This document shows positions 1 through 8,619 of a DNA stretch of 64,000 nt, one piece after another (position 1 is the first letter of the stretch; each line of letters begins with the position of its first letter). A model generated the notes under the pieces. It worked only from the letters and a program-made list of their open reading frames with translations. It had not been told where the DNA came from and made no database searches. The translations under genes were made by a program, and so were the position numbers. Source of the stretch: Candidatus Iainarchaeum sp. (lineage in GTDB: Archaea; Iainarchaeota; Iainarchaeia; Iainarchaeales; JAFCCW01); NCBI GenBank assembly GCA_017609985.1, contig JAFCCW010000004.1, forward strand, positions 15,899 through 79,898, read 5' to 3'.

Positions 1-651
1 GTTCAAAACATATTCATAAAATCCAGTTGAATCCATCTTCTCCAGAAAAGCAATTGCCTTCAAATCCTTTTCTCTGGCTTGCTCTGCCGGCTCATAGTGA
101 GTAAAATCACTGCTTATAATTACACTTGTCTTTTTTTCAAGATTTCCAATTAATTTTCCCAGCGTCTCGAGCTCTCCTTGGCTTTGCTCTGCAAGCGTTA
201 TAGGCACAATCTTTGCATTTTTTGCAGTCCCACCTATTTTTTCTTGCAAAAATTGCAAAAAAGGAAGCTGTACTTCAAGTGAATGTTCTTGCAAGTGCGC
301 TGACTCGTCAAATTCTGCATTGATTTCCTCTACAATCTTTTCCGCCAGCTCTCTGTCAACCTGCAATCTTCCAAGCGGTGTTTCCCATTGCTTTGCCTCT
401 GTAATAGATACTGGTGAGCCAAATCCAGTGTGGTTTGGCCCAAGCAAAACATAACTCTCTGCCTTCGCAAGCCTTGAGAATGCAAGCGCAGCAAGCCTTC
501 CGGAATAGGTGTAGCCAGCGTGCGGTGAAATAATAAGCCTTGAATTCTGTTTCAGTTTCAGACCAGAGAAAAACTCTTCAAGTTCCTGCCAAAGCTCTTC
601 TCTGCCTTCAGGATAAAACCTGCCTGCTACTGCTGCCTGCCTTGCTGCCAT
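1..651 (-). CDS. MEMO1 / AmmeMemoRadiSam-system protein B family (partial; continues past window start)
   Basis: Minus-strand ATG at 651 reads MAARQAAVAGRFYPEG...ISPHAGYTYSG...GPNHTG, typical of the Memo1 family. Its start overlaps the stop of the 651..1850 ORF (ATGA). It is absent from the ORF track because it runs off the window edge. Confidence 0.7.
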   Translation of the reverse strand, partial: MAARQAAVAGRFYPEGREELWQELEEFFSGLKLKQNSRLIISPHAGYTYSGRLAALAFSRLAKAESYVLLGPNHTGFGSPVSITEAKQWETPLGRLQVDRELAEKIVEEINAEFDESAHLQEHSLEVQLPFLQFLQEKIGGTAKNAKIVPITLAEQSQGELETLGKLIGNLEKKTSVIISSDFTHYEPAEQAREKDLKAIAFLEKMDSTGFYEYVLN

Positions 652-1850
652 CAGTCTGCACCCGCTGAGAGCAAATCATTCAATGCAATTATTGACTCTG
701 CAACATTGTTTCTCAGAACTTCAAGCTCTTCTCCTGAAAATCGCTTTGTTCTCATATAAGGGAGTGGTGTATCATGCTCATGTCTGACTGGTGCCTTTCC
801 TGCTTCTTCAACCAATCCCCATTTTTGCATAACTTTTGGAACATCAATAGAGTTGTAGCCTGGAAAAGTTCTTGCAAGCGCAAGAGTGCTCATTGAAGTG
901 CTGTCTTGCGGAGATTCATATAATTCCATTGGCACTACAACAACGCGCCTCCCATCTCCCTTCCACCAGTCGCACCATTTTCTTTCAATATAATCCGGCT
1001 GGAAAAGAATAGTGTATACGATCTCTGCAGACCTATCAGTGTCTCTAAGCAATCCTATTTCCCTAAGTCTTCTGTCAATTGCATATAGTTCCGAATTAAG
1101 TTTGCTTGTTTCTTCATTATAGCCCTGAGTTTTTTCTTCAATTTCTTGGTATGCTCTTAGTCTTTCCCGGTTTCCAGGGCGCTCCAAGAACATCTGCACA
1201 TATCTTCCATTCCTGTAGGAAGGGGTTGCTCTGTTGTTGACTGCGTGAATGCTCACAGACCTTGTCTGCCCCCCTGTTGAAAACAAATAGATGTGCGGGG
1301 CTGGAATGCATTTTCTGTCAAAAATTATCCTGACATGCGAACCATCTTTTGGTTCTATTCCTGTTATCTTGCAGGCTGGCTGCTTGTCATATTCAATCGA
1401 GATGTTTGCGCTATTTACACTAAAATATGTTCTTGTTGAATTAAGCTTGACTCTTACAACTTCTTTAGCTGTTTTTTTCCTGCTTTCCCCGCTGTCACCG
1501 TAGTATACAATGCCTTTCTTTTTTCCTTCCTCTAGCTTCAGCGTATAAGTTGAAGTTTTTGGGGTGCTGTTTCCAATCCTGCTTTGCTTTCTTACTTCCA
1601 CTGTTGCGCTTCTTGGACCAACTTCTTTAACAAGAAAGCTTATTCTCTGAGTCTCGCCAAAAAGCCAATCTTTTTCAATTTCCTCGTTTGGAATGATGTA
1701 AGAGTTTTCTTTTGCTATGCCAATTTCTGTCTTTGAAAAAAAATAAGGTGACTTTGAAACAGTCAGACTTGAATGCAATGCAAAGCAGTTTCCCACAATA
1801 ATCAAGAGGGCTAATGCAATCAGCAAAATCCTTTTGTTAGGCAATGGCAT
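651..1850 (-). CDS. hypothetical exported/membrane-anchored protein (399 aa)
   Basis: N-terminal hydrophobic segment LLIALALLIIVGNCFA looks like a signal peptide or anchor. No recognisable catalytic motif. Confidence 0.55.
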   Translation of the reverse strand: MPLPNKRILLIALALLIIVGNCFALHSSLTVSKSPYFFSKTEIGIAKENSYIIPNEEIEKDWLFGETQRISFLVKEVGPRSATVEVRKQSRIGNSTPKTSTYTLKLEEGKKKGIVYYGDSGESRKKTAKEVVRVKLNSTRTYFSVNSANISIEYDKQPACKITGIEPKDGSHVRIIFDRKCIPAPHIYLFSTGGQTRSVSIHAVNNRATPSYRNGRYVQMFLERPGNRERLRAYQEIEEKTQGYNEETSKLNSELYAIDRRLREIGLLRDTDRSAEIVYTILFQPDYIERKWCDWWKGDGRRVVVVPMELYESPQDSTSMSTLALARTFPGYNSIDVPKVMQKWGLVEEAGKAPVRHEHDTPLPYMRTKRFSGEELEVLRNNVAESIIALNDLLSAGAD

Positions 1851-1910
1851 AAGTAAAATTAAGGTCTTCTAATATATATATTATTTATCGAATTAGTAAT
1901 ATATCAATAT

Positions 1911-2510
1911 TCAGCAAATTGCTTCTACAAGCTCTCCCGCTTCTTTTATCTGTTCTGAGCTGTCTTCAAGAGTTCCAAGATTAACCTTTATTTTTTCAAT
2001 CTCAAGGCTTTCAGCCAGGTCTGGATAGTTTTCTTCAAGCAGTTCAATTGACAGATTCAATTCTTCTGATTTTGATACAATCTGCTCTGAAAGTGAAACA
2101 ATTTCTTTAAGCAAGCCTGCTTGTGAACAAATATTTTCTTCACTTAATTCCTGTTCTTCAAGTTCAGTTGTTTTTTCCTCTAGCCCAAGGCTTAATTCAA
2201 GCAATTCAAGCCAGGAAAGATATGTTTCTGAAGCATCTATTGCTGAATCCCGCGCATTGCTTTTTGCATAGCCTGCTAGCTCTTGGTTAAGCTTCTTCAT
2301 TTCCTGCTTTGCCTGTTCAATCCTGCTTTTTTCAGGCAGGCTTCCACTGTTCAGCTCTTCAAACTTAATTCCGCTTGATTCAAAAACAGTTGTAATCTTC
2401 AAATAGGCTTGTTCCTCACTAAGTTCCTGTTTTGGAAAAAGAAAAATAATTGATACAACAAGAACTGCAACAACCACAATTATTGCAATATGCATCTTAT
2501 TTAATGCCAT
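1911..2510 (-). CDS. membrane-anchored acidic coiled-coil protein (199 aa)
   Basis: N-terminal TM helix (IAIIVVVAVLVVSIIFLF) followed by Glu/Leu-rich heptad-like sequence. Confidence 0.5.
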   Translation of the reverse strand: MALNKMHIAIIVVVAVLVVSIIFLFPKQELSEEQAYLKITTVFESSGIKFEELNSGSLPEKSRIEQAKQEMKKLNQELAGYAKSNARDSAIDASETYLSWLELLELSLGLEEKTTELEEQELSEENICSQAGLLKEIVSLSEQIVSKSEELNLSIELLEENYPDLAESLEIEKIKVNLGTLEDSSEQIKEAGELVEAIC

Positions 2511-2551
2511 GATTTTAATACGCTACACTGGAATAAAAAGCTTTTCTTAAG

Positions 2552-3238
2552 TTATCTGTAGCTTCTGCGCCTGTCTCCGTCGTCTCTGCGGTTAAATCTT
2601 CGCCCAGTTTGTTCAGGTTTTTCTTCTCTCTCGCCTTCCTGTATCTGGTGCTCGTAATCCTCAACTGTTTCCTTAAAGTCTTCGTTGCTTTTTATTGCTC
2701 CTTTTTCTTTAAGTATTTCTCGTGACAAAAGCCAGAAAACAAGAGCAAGGCTTTTTCTTCCCTTGTTGTTAACTGGAATAATCAAGTCAACATTGCTGAT
2801 AGAATTGTTTGTGCTTGCAAGTGCTATAACCGGAATCTTTAACTTTGCTGCTTCTTTTACTGCCTGAAAGTCGGTTTCAGGTTCTGAAATAACAAGAACT
2901 TTTGGTTCAATAAACTTTTTGCCTGAAGGATTTGTGAATGTACCTGGAACAAATCTGCCTGTTAATGCTTTTGCGCCAATTGCTTTTGCAAATTTTTCAA
3001 CCGGAGTTTTGCTGTAAAGCTTTCTTGCAACAATTACTATTCCGTCTGATTCATATCCTGACAAGAATTTTGCAACTGTTGTTATTCTTGAATCAATTGT
3101 TTCAACATCCAAAACATTTAACTGGTCTGGTCTTTTTTTGAAAATAAACCTAGCCATGTGTCCATGTTTGAATTTTGTTCCGATATGGGACCCGGTTTTT
3201 AAATATCGCTCGCTTTCTACCAGCATGTTTTCAACCAT
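2552..3238 (-). CDS. rps2: 30S ribosomal protein uS2
   Basis: KTGSHIGTKFKHGHMARFIF, PVIALASTNN and an acidic C-terminal tail, all typical of archaeal uS2. Confidence 0.9.
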   Translation of the reverse strand: MVENMLVESERYLKTGSHIGTKFKHGHMARFIFKKRPDQLNVLDVETIDSRITTVAKFLSGYESDGIVIVARKLYSKTPVEKFAKAIGAKALTGRFVPGTFTNPSGKKFIEPKVLVISEPETDFQAVKEAAKLKIPVIALASTNNSISNVDLIIPVNNKGRKSLALVFWLLSREILKEKGAIKSNEDFKETVEDYEHQIQEGEREEKPEQTGRRFNRRDDGDRRRSYR

Positions 3239-3246
3239 TCAATCAC

Positions 3247-3441
3247 CTAAACATTGTATTTCATAAAATCATCAATTAAGTCTGCTTGAGAAAAAATCAT
3301 TCTTCTACAGCAATATCTTGTAATCTTAAGATCGTCCAGTACTTTTTCTGCTTTTTCTCCTTTTTTTACTCTTTCCAAAAACTCTTCGTATGCCTGCCCT
3401 ATTGCTTTTCCACAACTGAAACAACGTACTGGAACCATCAT
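3247..3441 (-). CDS. rpoN: DNA-directed RNA polymerase subunit N (Rpo10)
   Basis: [15 protein letters not shown]...RYCCRRM zinc-binding motif. I chose the internal ATG-ATG at 3441; the listed ORF start at 3552 would overlap rps9. Confidence 0.85.
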   Translation of the reverse strand: MMVPVRCFSCGKAIGQAYEEFLERVKKGEKAEKVLDDLKITRYCCRRMIFSQADLIDDFMKYNV

Positions 3442-3448
3442 CTTTGAA

Positions 3449-3880
3449 TCACCTTTTACTGCTTTGTTTTTTCTTTCTTGCTTTCTTTCCCAACGGCTTT
3501 TTTGGTTCAACTCTTCTTGGATCGTCAACCAGCAAAAGCCTGTCATATTCAATCATTTTTACTTTTAATTTTTCATCTTTTGAAAATGTAACCAGTGCTT
3601 TGGCAATAGCACTTCTTGAAGCAACAGCCTGTCCCATGAATCCACCGCCCTGAACTGTCACATCAATATCAATTCCGCCTGCTACATTTTCTGCAAGCTC
3701 AATTGGTTCTTGAATCATTCTCTTAACCTGAACAGGAGTAATTGTTGAAATTGAACGATTGTTAATCTTTATTTTTCCGTCTCCAGCGCTTGCTGTAGCT
3801 CTTGCAATGCTTTCTTTTTTCTTTGCTTTAACCTGAATTGTTTTTTTCTTTGTTTTTCTTATTTTTGCCATTTTATTCAC
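3449..3880 (-). CDS. rps9: 30S ribosomal protein uS9
   Basis: [19 protein letters not shown] and a C-terminal KR tail. Confidence 0.9.
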   Translation of the reverse strand: MNKMAKIRKTKKKTIQVKAKKKESIARATASAGDGKIKINNRSISTITPVQVKRMIQEPIELAENVAGGIDIDVTVQGGGFMGQAVASRSAIAKALVTFSKDEKLKVKMIEYDRLLLVDDPRRVEPKKPLGKKARKKKQSSKR

Positions 3881-4293
3881 CTTGCACCAAGAGTTTTGCT
3901 TACTTCTTCAAGTGTCATAAATCTTTTCTGTTCATGATTTTTTGCCTGTTCTGGTCTTTCAAATTCTTCTATTTTTTCTCCTTCTGGAAGTCCAATAAAA
4001 ACCTTCACAAGAGATAATGCTTCCCGTCCTCTTTTACTATTTGTTGGAAGCATTCCTTTCACAGCATTTCTCAACATCCTGTCAGACATTTTGGAATATT
4101 TTGGGCCCTTCAGTGGGTTTCCTTTTGCAGCTCTGTTCATTCTGGTTCTGTATTTTCCAATTATTCCATTTCTTGTTCCAACAACAACAGCTTTTTCTGC
4201 ATTCACAATAATAACAGTTTCTCCTTCAAGAGCTTTTTTTGCAGTAAGAGACGCAAGTCTGCCCATCACAAGATTTTCAGCATTGATTTTCAT
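3877..4293 (-). CDS. rpl13: 50S ribosomal protein uL13
   Basis: VIIVNAEKAVVVG...MLPTNSKRGREAL signature. Confidence 0.9.
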   Translation of the reverse strand: MKINAENLVMGRLASLTAKKALEGETVIIVNAEKAVVVGTRNGIIGKYRTRMNRAAKGNPLKGPKYSKMSDRMLRNAVKGMLPTNSKRGREALSLVKVFIGLPEGEKIEEFERPEQAKNHEQKRFMTLEEVSKTLGAR

Positions 4294-4649
4294 CCAATAA
4301 TCACCATTTCACTTGGTTTTGTTTCTGATTCAACAAGCTCTTTTAGTGTCATAAACTTTCCTTTTTTTTCAATTTCTTTTTTTGCTCTTTCGCTAAATCC
4401 AAAAGCAGCAATAGTAATTTCGGAAGTAAGCTCTCCCTTTCCAAGAACTTTTCCAGGCACAATAACTGTTTTTCCTTTTAGCTTCTCTGCCATAGTGTCA
4501 AGTTTCCAAAGATTAATTTTTATTTCTCCTCTTCTTCTCTTCTTCAGCCTTTCAGCTAAATCAAGCCATATTTTTTGCTTGGATTGCCTTCCTTTTTTTT
4601 CAAGAACAGCAATTGTATTTCTTGCATAGTTTCCTTTTTCTGAAATCAT
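4290..4649 (-). CDS. rpl18e: 50S ribosomal protein eL18 (L18e)
   Basis: Position between rpoD and rpl13, and sequence NLWKLDTMAEKLKGKTVIVPGKVLGKGEL. Confidence 0.8.
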   Translation of the reverse strand: MISEKGNYARNTIAVLEKKGRQSKQKIWLDLAERLKKRRRGEIKINLWKLDTMAEKLKGKTVIVPGKVLGKGELTSEITIAAFGFSERAKKEIEKKGKFMTLKELVESETKPSEMVIIG

Positions 4650-4693
4650 TCAAACACCATTTTTCTTTGTTTCTTTTTTTCTTCTTGCTGAAT

Positions 4694-4816
4694 TGCAGGG
4701 GGGGAGATTCGAACTCCCGAAGGCACTAAGCCACAGGATTTCTCAAACCCTTGCAATAAAAACACTAATTCAAGGCATCTTAAGTCCTGCCCGTTTGACC
4801 GCTTCGGTACTCCTGC
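4694..4816 (-). tRNA. tRNA-Leu(UAA) with a ~39-nt intron at the canonical 37/38 position
   Basis: The reverse complement folds as follows. The acceptor stem is GCAGGAG/CCCCTGC with one A:C mismatch, and the discriminator is A. The anticodon stem is CAGGA/TCCTG and the loop begins C-U-UAA-G. The variable arm is a GGC-TTAGT-GCC hairpin (class II), and the T-arm is GGGAG-TTCGAAT-CTCCC. The intron is inferred from a 46-nt stretch between the two anticodon-stem strands. Confidence 0.7.
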
Positions 4817-4840
4817 GATATAAACAATCTCCCAGTATTG

Positions 4841-4850
4841 TTTTTTTAAA
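4841..4850 (-). promoter_or_regulatory. TATA-like box (TTTAAAAAAA on minus strand) about 30 nt upstream of tRNA-Leu
   Basis: A/T hexamer at the expected archaeal TATA distance from the tRNA 5' end. Confidence 0.3.
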
Positions 4851-4861
4851 CCACTCGGGGA

Positions 4862-5614
4862 TTAGCTTAACTTTTTCACCTCTTTTTTGAAATCATTTAC
4901 TTTTGCTTCAAGTACTTCAATTGAATTCTTAATAATTTCTGCTGTTGAAAGAGAACCAGTTGACTCAATTGACAAAACAAATGAATCTTTCTCTGGCAAA
5001 ATCTCCAAAGCATTCTTTTTGCACACATCTCTGCATTCTCCACAGAGAGTGCATTCAATACTATCTTTTAGAATAATTTTTCCTGATTTTTCTTCAATTA
5101 ATCCTTTTGGACAAGCTTTAATGCATTCCTTGCAAAGATTGCAGTCCTTTGTAGTGGTCAATGCTGCTGTCTGCTTGAATCCAATTATTGCTGACTGCCA
5201 TTTAACATGTTCTCTTCCGGTTTCCATTATTGCTGTTGCTTCAAGTTTTATTTTATCTCCTTTCTTAAGTTTAACAATTGGAATTTTTTTGTCACTAACC
5301 TCTATCTTGGGATCAGTACTTTCAAGGTCTCCGCTGTACACTGTTCCAGGCCCTTCTTTTTCAAGCAAGAGCTTCATGCTGTCTCCCTGCTTGTAAGACT
5401 TTGAATCAGTCTTCAGAGGAATCATTGCAAGCCTGTGAGCAACCATTTCATCAAACATTACTGAATCATTGTCGTAGAATGAAACAGTCTCTATTGCAAG
5501 AACAGGCACAGAGTTCATTGAAATTCTTCTAATTGCATTAATCAAAGCAGGAGTTGTTCCTGTGACAAAAAATCTTTCCGAGTTTCCAATCGGGGCAATT
5601 TTTTTCATGTTCAT
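4862..5614 (-). CDS. rpoD: DNA-directed RNA polymerase subunit D (Rpo3) with 4Fe-4S cluster domain
   Basis: VPVLAIETVSFYDNDSVMFDEMVAHRLAMIPL plus CxxCxxC...C ferredoxin-like insert. Confidence 0.85.
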   Translation of the reverse strand: MNMKKIAPIGNSERFFVTGTTPALINAIRRISMNSVPVLAIETVSFYDNDSVMFDEMVAHRLAMIPLKTDSKSYKQGDSMKLLLEKEGPGTVYSGDLESTDPKIEVSDKKIPIVKLKKGDKIKLEATAIMETGREHVKWQSAIIGFKQTAALTTTKDCNLCKECIKACPKGLIEEKSGKIILKDSIECTLCGECRDVCKKNALEILPEKDSFVLSIESTGSLSTAEIIKNSIEVLEAKVNDFKKEVKKLS

Positions 5615-6201
5615 TTTCTTTTCCCCCTGAATCTTTTCTTTTTTCTGCAGCCATCATGTGGCATTGGCGTAACATTTTTAATTGTAATAATTCTTAAACC
5701 ATTCCTTGTTAGGCTTCTGATTGCTGCTTCACTTCCCTGTCCAGGAGAATTACTCTTGTTTCCCCCAGGTCCTCGCACACGCACTTCAACTTCAAAGATT
5801 CCTTTTTCTCTTGCTTCGTTTGCAATATTTTCTGCAATCTTCAAAGCAGCATATGGTGAACCTTCTTTGTGCTGGCTTTTAACAACCTTTCCTCCTGAAG
5901 AGTTTGCGATTGTTTCAGCACCAGTCATGTCAGTAAGTAAAATATTAGTGTTATTGTGTGAAGCAAAAATATGAATAATTCCTCTCTTTCTTTGGGTTCC
6001 TGTTTGAGAAGGAGCTGGTTGACGTTCAGGGGATTTTTCTTCAGGTGCTTTCTCAGCAACAACAGGCTTTTTCTCAACAGCTTCAGGCTTTTTTTCAGCA
6101 ACAGCTTTTTCTGCTATTGACTTGTCTGTTTTTTTGTCTTTCTTTTCAACTGCCTGTTTTGTGACTTTAGTTTTTTCTTTTTCTTCACTCATTTGCGTCA
6201 C
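5611..6201 (-). CDS. rps11: 30S ribosomal protein uS11 with K/E-rich N-terminal extension
   Basis: GIIHIFASHNNTNILLTD...RVRGPGG...ITPMPHDGCR. Confidence 0.9.
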   Translation of the reverse strand: MTQMSEEKEKTKVTKQAVEKKDKKTDKSIAEKAVAEKKPEAVEKKPVVAEKAPEEKSPERQPAPSQTGTQRKRGIIHIFASHNNTNILLTDMTGAETIANSSGGKVVKSQHKEGSPYAALKIAENIANEAREKGIFEVEVRVRGPGGNKSNSPGQGSEAAIRSLTRNGLRIITIKNVTPMPHDGCRKKKRFRGKRK

Positions 6202-6988
6202 CTTTTTTGTCCTCTGTATCTACTTTTTCTTCTTTCTTTTCTTTTTTCTCTTCAGTTTTTTGCACAGGCTTTATTTCTTTTTCTGCTTTTTTTTTCTTGT
6301 CTGTTTCTGGTTTCTCTTTTTCTTCTTTCTTTTCAGAACCAGTTTTTTCCTGCTTGACTTCCTTTTCCTTTTTTTCAACTTCTTTCTCGCTTGTTTCTTT
6401 TTCAACAGTCTTTGCTACTGTTTCTTCTTTTTGTTCTTCGTCAGGAAGAGCTTCTTTGAATTCTTCTTCCCCTGTCTTTTTTGTTTTTACTGGTTCTGGC
6501 TGTTCCAAAACCATTTTATCTTTCCAGTAGTTAATGCTTTTTTCGTCCTCTCGTTTCACGAGCAAACTAGGAGCATCAACTTTTCTTCCGTTAATTGCAA
6601 TATGGCCGTGTGTAATAAACTGTCTTGCCTGTATTGGGGTAAGAGCAAGCCCTTTTCTCCAAACAATTGTCTGAAGTCTTCTTTCCAAAACGCTTTCAAC
6701 AGACAATGACAACACATCATCAAGTTTTGCATCCTTTTCAAGTATTCCCATCGTATACAGGCTTCCCAAAAGTTCTTTTTCTCTTTGAAGTCTGATTTCA
6801 AGTTTAAGAGCAAGCAATTTTCTTGCATTGTTTCTTTTCTTTCTAAGAATTGTTTCAGTTCTCCACAATTCTTTCTTATTTTTCAAGCCATAAAGCTTTT
6901 TCAGCGCCTTCTCTGACTCAAGCCTTGTTTTTTCCCAAGGCTTTTTAGGCCCTTCATAATGTTTTTGAGTCTTTCTCGGATCTCCCAC
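6185..6988 (-). CDS. rps4: 30S ribosomal protein uS4 with ~90-aa K/E-rich C-terminal extension
   Basis: RLQTIVWRKGLALTPIQARQFITHGHIAINGRKV S4-domain core. The tail EEQKEETVAKTVEKETSEKEVEKKEKEVKQEKTGSEKKEEKEKPETDKKKK is shared with uS3. Confidence 0.9.
   Translation of the reverse strand: MGDPRKTQKHYEGPKKPWEKTRLESEKALKKLYGLKNKKELWRTETILRKKRNNARKLLALKLEIRLQREKELLGSLYTMGILEKDAKLDDVLSLSVESVLERRLQTIVWRKGLALTPIQARQFITHGHIAINGRKVDAPSLLVKREDEKSINYWKDKMVLEQPEPVKTKKTGEEEFKEALPDEEQKEETVAKTVEKETSEKEVEKKEKEVKQEKTGSEKKEEKEKPETDKKKKAEKEIKPVQKTEEKKEKKEEKVDTEDKKGDANE
6283..6432. repeat. ~150-bp repeat copy A, encoding the KE-rich tail of uS4; near-identical to 18703..18851
   Basis: By-eye alignment of the two loci shows only 2-3 mismatches over ~150 nt. 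Confidence 0.8.
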
Positions 6989-7000
6989 TATATCTCACCT

Positions 7001-7558
7001 TTATTTTTTTGTTTTTCCTGCTTGCTTTGTAGCCTGTTGTGAAGCTGATTGTTCTTTTGCTTTTCCGCCACCGCCGCCTTTTGCATCTCTCTTATGGACA
7101 CCAACAACTCTTCCCTTTCCTCTAAAACTGCTTCTGGTTCTCTGTCCTCTTACAGTCAAACCCCAACTGTGTCTTAGACCGCGATAGCTTTTGATTTCAT
7201 TAAGTCTTTTAATATTTTGTCTTAATCCAAATTCCAAGTCTCCCATAACCCAGTGCTGGTCTTTTCCGGATTCTCTTTCATTTCTCTGATTAATCATCCA
7301 TTCAGGAATTCCGTGCTTTCCAGGGTTTAAAACAATATCTTCCAAAATCTTGTCCTGGTCTTCTGGAACCTTTCCAAGTCTCGCATCTGCTTTAGTACCA
7401 GACTCTTTTTCAAACTTTGACGCAACAACTCCCGCATATCTGTGGCTTACACCTCTTATTCCGCGCAATGCCTGAATTATTGGCTTGTTACCGTCCAAGT
7501 CCTTTCCTGCAATTCTAACAATATATCTTATTTCTTCTTTTTGTTCTTGTTCCGCCAT
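7001..7558 (-). CDS. rps13: 30S ribosomal protein uS13
   Basis: IVRIAGKDLDGNKPI...RGLRHSWGLTVRGQRTRSS. Confidence 0.9.
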   Translation of the reverse strand: MAEQEQKEEIRYIVRIAGKDLDGNKPIIQALRGIRGVSHRYAGVVASKFEKESGTKADARLGKVPEDQDKILEDIVLNPGKHGIPEWMINQRNERESGKDQHWVMGDLEFGLRQNIKRLNEIKSYRGLRHSWGLTVRGQRTRSSFRGKGRVVGVHKRDAKGGGGGKAKEQSASQQATKQAGKTKK

Positions 7559-7562
7559 AAAA

Positions 7563-7787
7563 TCACTTCAGTGCTTCTACAATCTCCTCGTGCTTTGTTC
7601 CTTTTTTAATGTCTATTTTTTCTCCAGTAAAAAACAAGTGTCTCATATTGCACTTTTTCTTTTTCATTCCGTCGCCGTCAATTACTGCAGTCAATGTTTT
7701 TTCATCAATCTCAATAACTACTGCTTTTTGTCCAGCATTTTTTCCAGCAAGTTTGTAACATACTGCTCCAGTTTTTATTCCACTCAT
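7563..7787 (-). CDS. rpl14e: 50S ribosomal protein eL14 (L14e)
   Basis: KOW-like GAVCYKLAGKNAGQKAVVIEI and conserved position next to cmk. Confidence 0.8.
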   Translation of the reverse strand: MSGIKTGAVCYKLAGKNAGQKAVVIEIDEKTLTAVIDGDGMKKKKCNMRHLFFTGEKIDIKKGTKHEEIVEALK

Positions 7788-8263
7788 TTCAATTCACCTA
7801 AACTCTTTTTTACCAAAGCAATTGCTCCATCATCTTTTATTTTTTCAAGACTAACCACAAGATCGTATCTGCTCAAATCAAAAACATCAATTCCCTTTGC
7901 TTCAAGCATTGCATTTCCAATATTTTCTTCAAGTTCTTCCAGCATTGAAACTGCTTCCACTTCACTAATATTTTTTGAGATCGCGAGATTCTTTGCTCTG
8001 TTCTTTTCTGAGGAAAGCAAAAACACGCTTAATTCCGGTTTAACTATTGCTGGAGCAATAATTCCTTCCACTAATTTTCCTTTTTGAATTTTTTCTTTAA
8101 TAATTTCCTCCATTTTCTCAGCGGATTCCTTGTCTGAAACAATCACGTTGCTTTCTTTTCCAAGTTCTTCCTCTGAAACAAAGTTTAATCCAAGTTCTAG
8201 TGAAAGAGCTTTTCCAAGCTTTTTTGTATGAGTTCCAGGATAACCGCTAAGAGTAATAATCAT
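7784..8263 (-). CDS. cmk: cytidylate kinase-like protein (archaeal Cmk family) with non-canonical P-loop
   Basis: MIITLSGYPGTHTKKLGKALS resembles the archaeal CMP-kinase N-terminus MIITISGxPGSGKTT. It sits in the canonical eL14/eL34 position. The Walker A Gly and Lys are replaced. Confidence 0.6.
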   Translation of the reverse strand: MIITLSGYPGTHTKKLGKALSLELGLNFVSEEELGKESNVIVSDKESAEKMEEIIKEKIQKGKLVEGIIAPAIVKPELSVFLLSSEKNRAKNLAISKNISEVEAVSMLEELEENIGNAMLEAKGIDVFDLSRYDLVVSLEKIKDDGAIALVKKSLGELK

Positions 8264-8619
8264 TTCTTTTCACCCTTAACCATGTATTTTCTAATCTTAA
8301 TGCTCACGTCTTCAACACTTTTTGCTTTTGAAACAACTTTTGCTGTTTCCTCTGCAAGATTTCTTCTGCATTCTCCGCACAGCACTCCGCCATGCTTTGC
8401 AGTAGGCCTCTTTTCTGATTTTGAAAGCTTCAAAATATCACTTTTTGGCTTGTGGTTAGGTACTCCGTGAAGTGGCTTTCCACACAGTCCGCACGATTGC
8501 TTTCCAGGTGTTCCTCTTTCAAAGACTCTTTTACTTTTTCCCTTAGTAGTCTTCCTGAACTTTTTCTTTTTTGTTCTGTCGCCTGGTTTAACCATTCTGA
8601 ACACCTTTTGCTTTTTCAA
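8260..8619 (-). CDS. rpl34e: 50S ribosomal protein eL34 (L34e)
   Basis: C4 zinc ribbon CGLCGKPLHGV...CGEC with basic composition. The true start may be the internal Met (MVKPGD) at about 8595. Confidence 0.8.
   Translation of the reverse strand: MKKQKVFRMVKPGDRTKKKKFRKTTKGKSKRVFERGTPGKQSCGLCGKPLHGVPNHKPKSDILKLSKSEKRPTAKHGGVLCGECRRNLAEETAKVVSKAKSVEDVSIKIRKYMVKGEKK

Noticed and set aside
4693-4890. + strand 65-aa ORF
   Set aside because: Overlaps the tRNA-Leu gene on the opposite strand; spurious.
6122-6709. Long + strand ORFs rich in F/L/S/C (6122..6709, 6207..6530, 10538..11083, 10641..11057, 17807..18955, 18394..18960, 18468..18776)
   Set aside because: They are antisense to the AAG/GAA-rich codons of the K/E-rich ribosomal-protein tails. 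Low-complexity composition, no start context, and every one fully overlaps a confident minus-strand gene.
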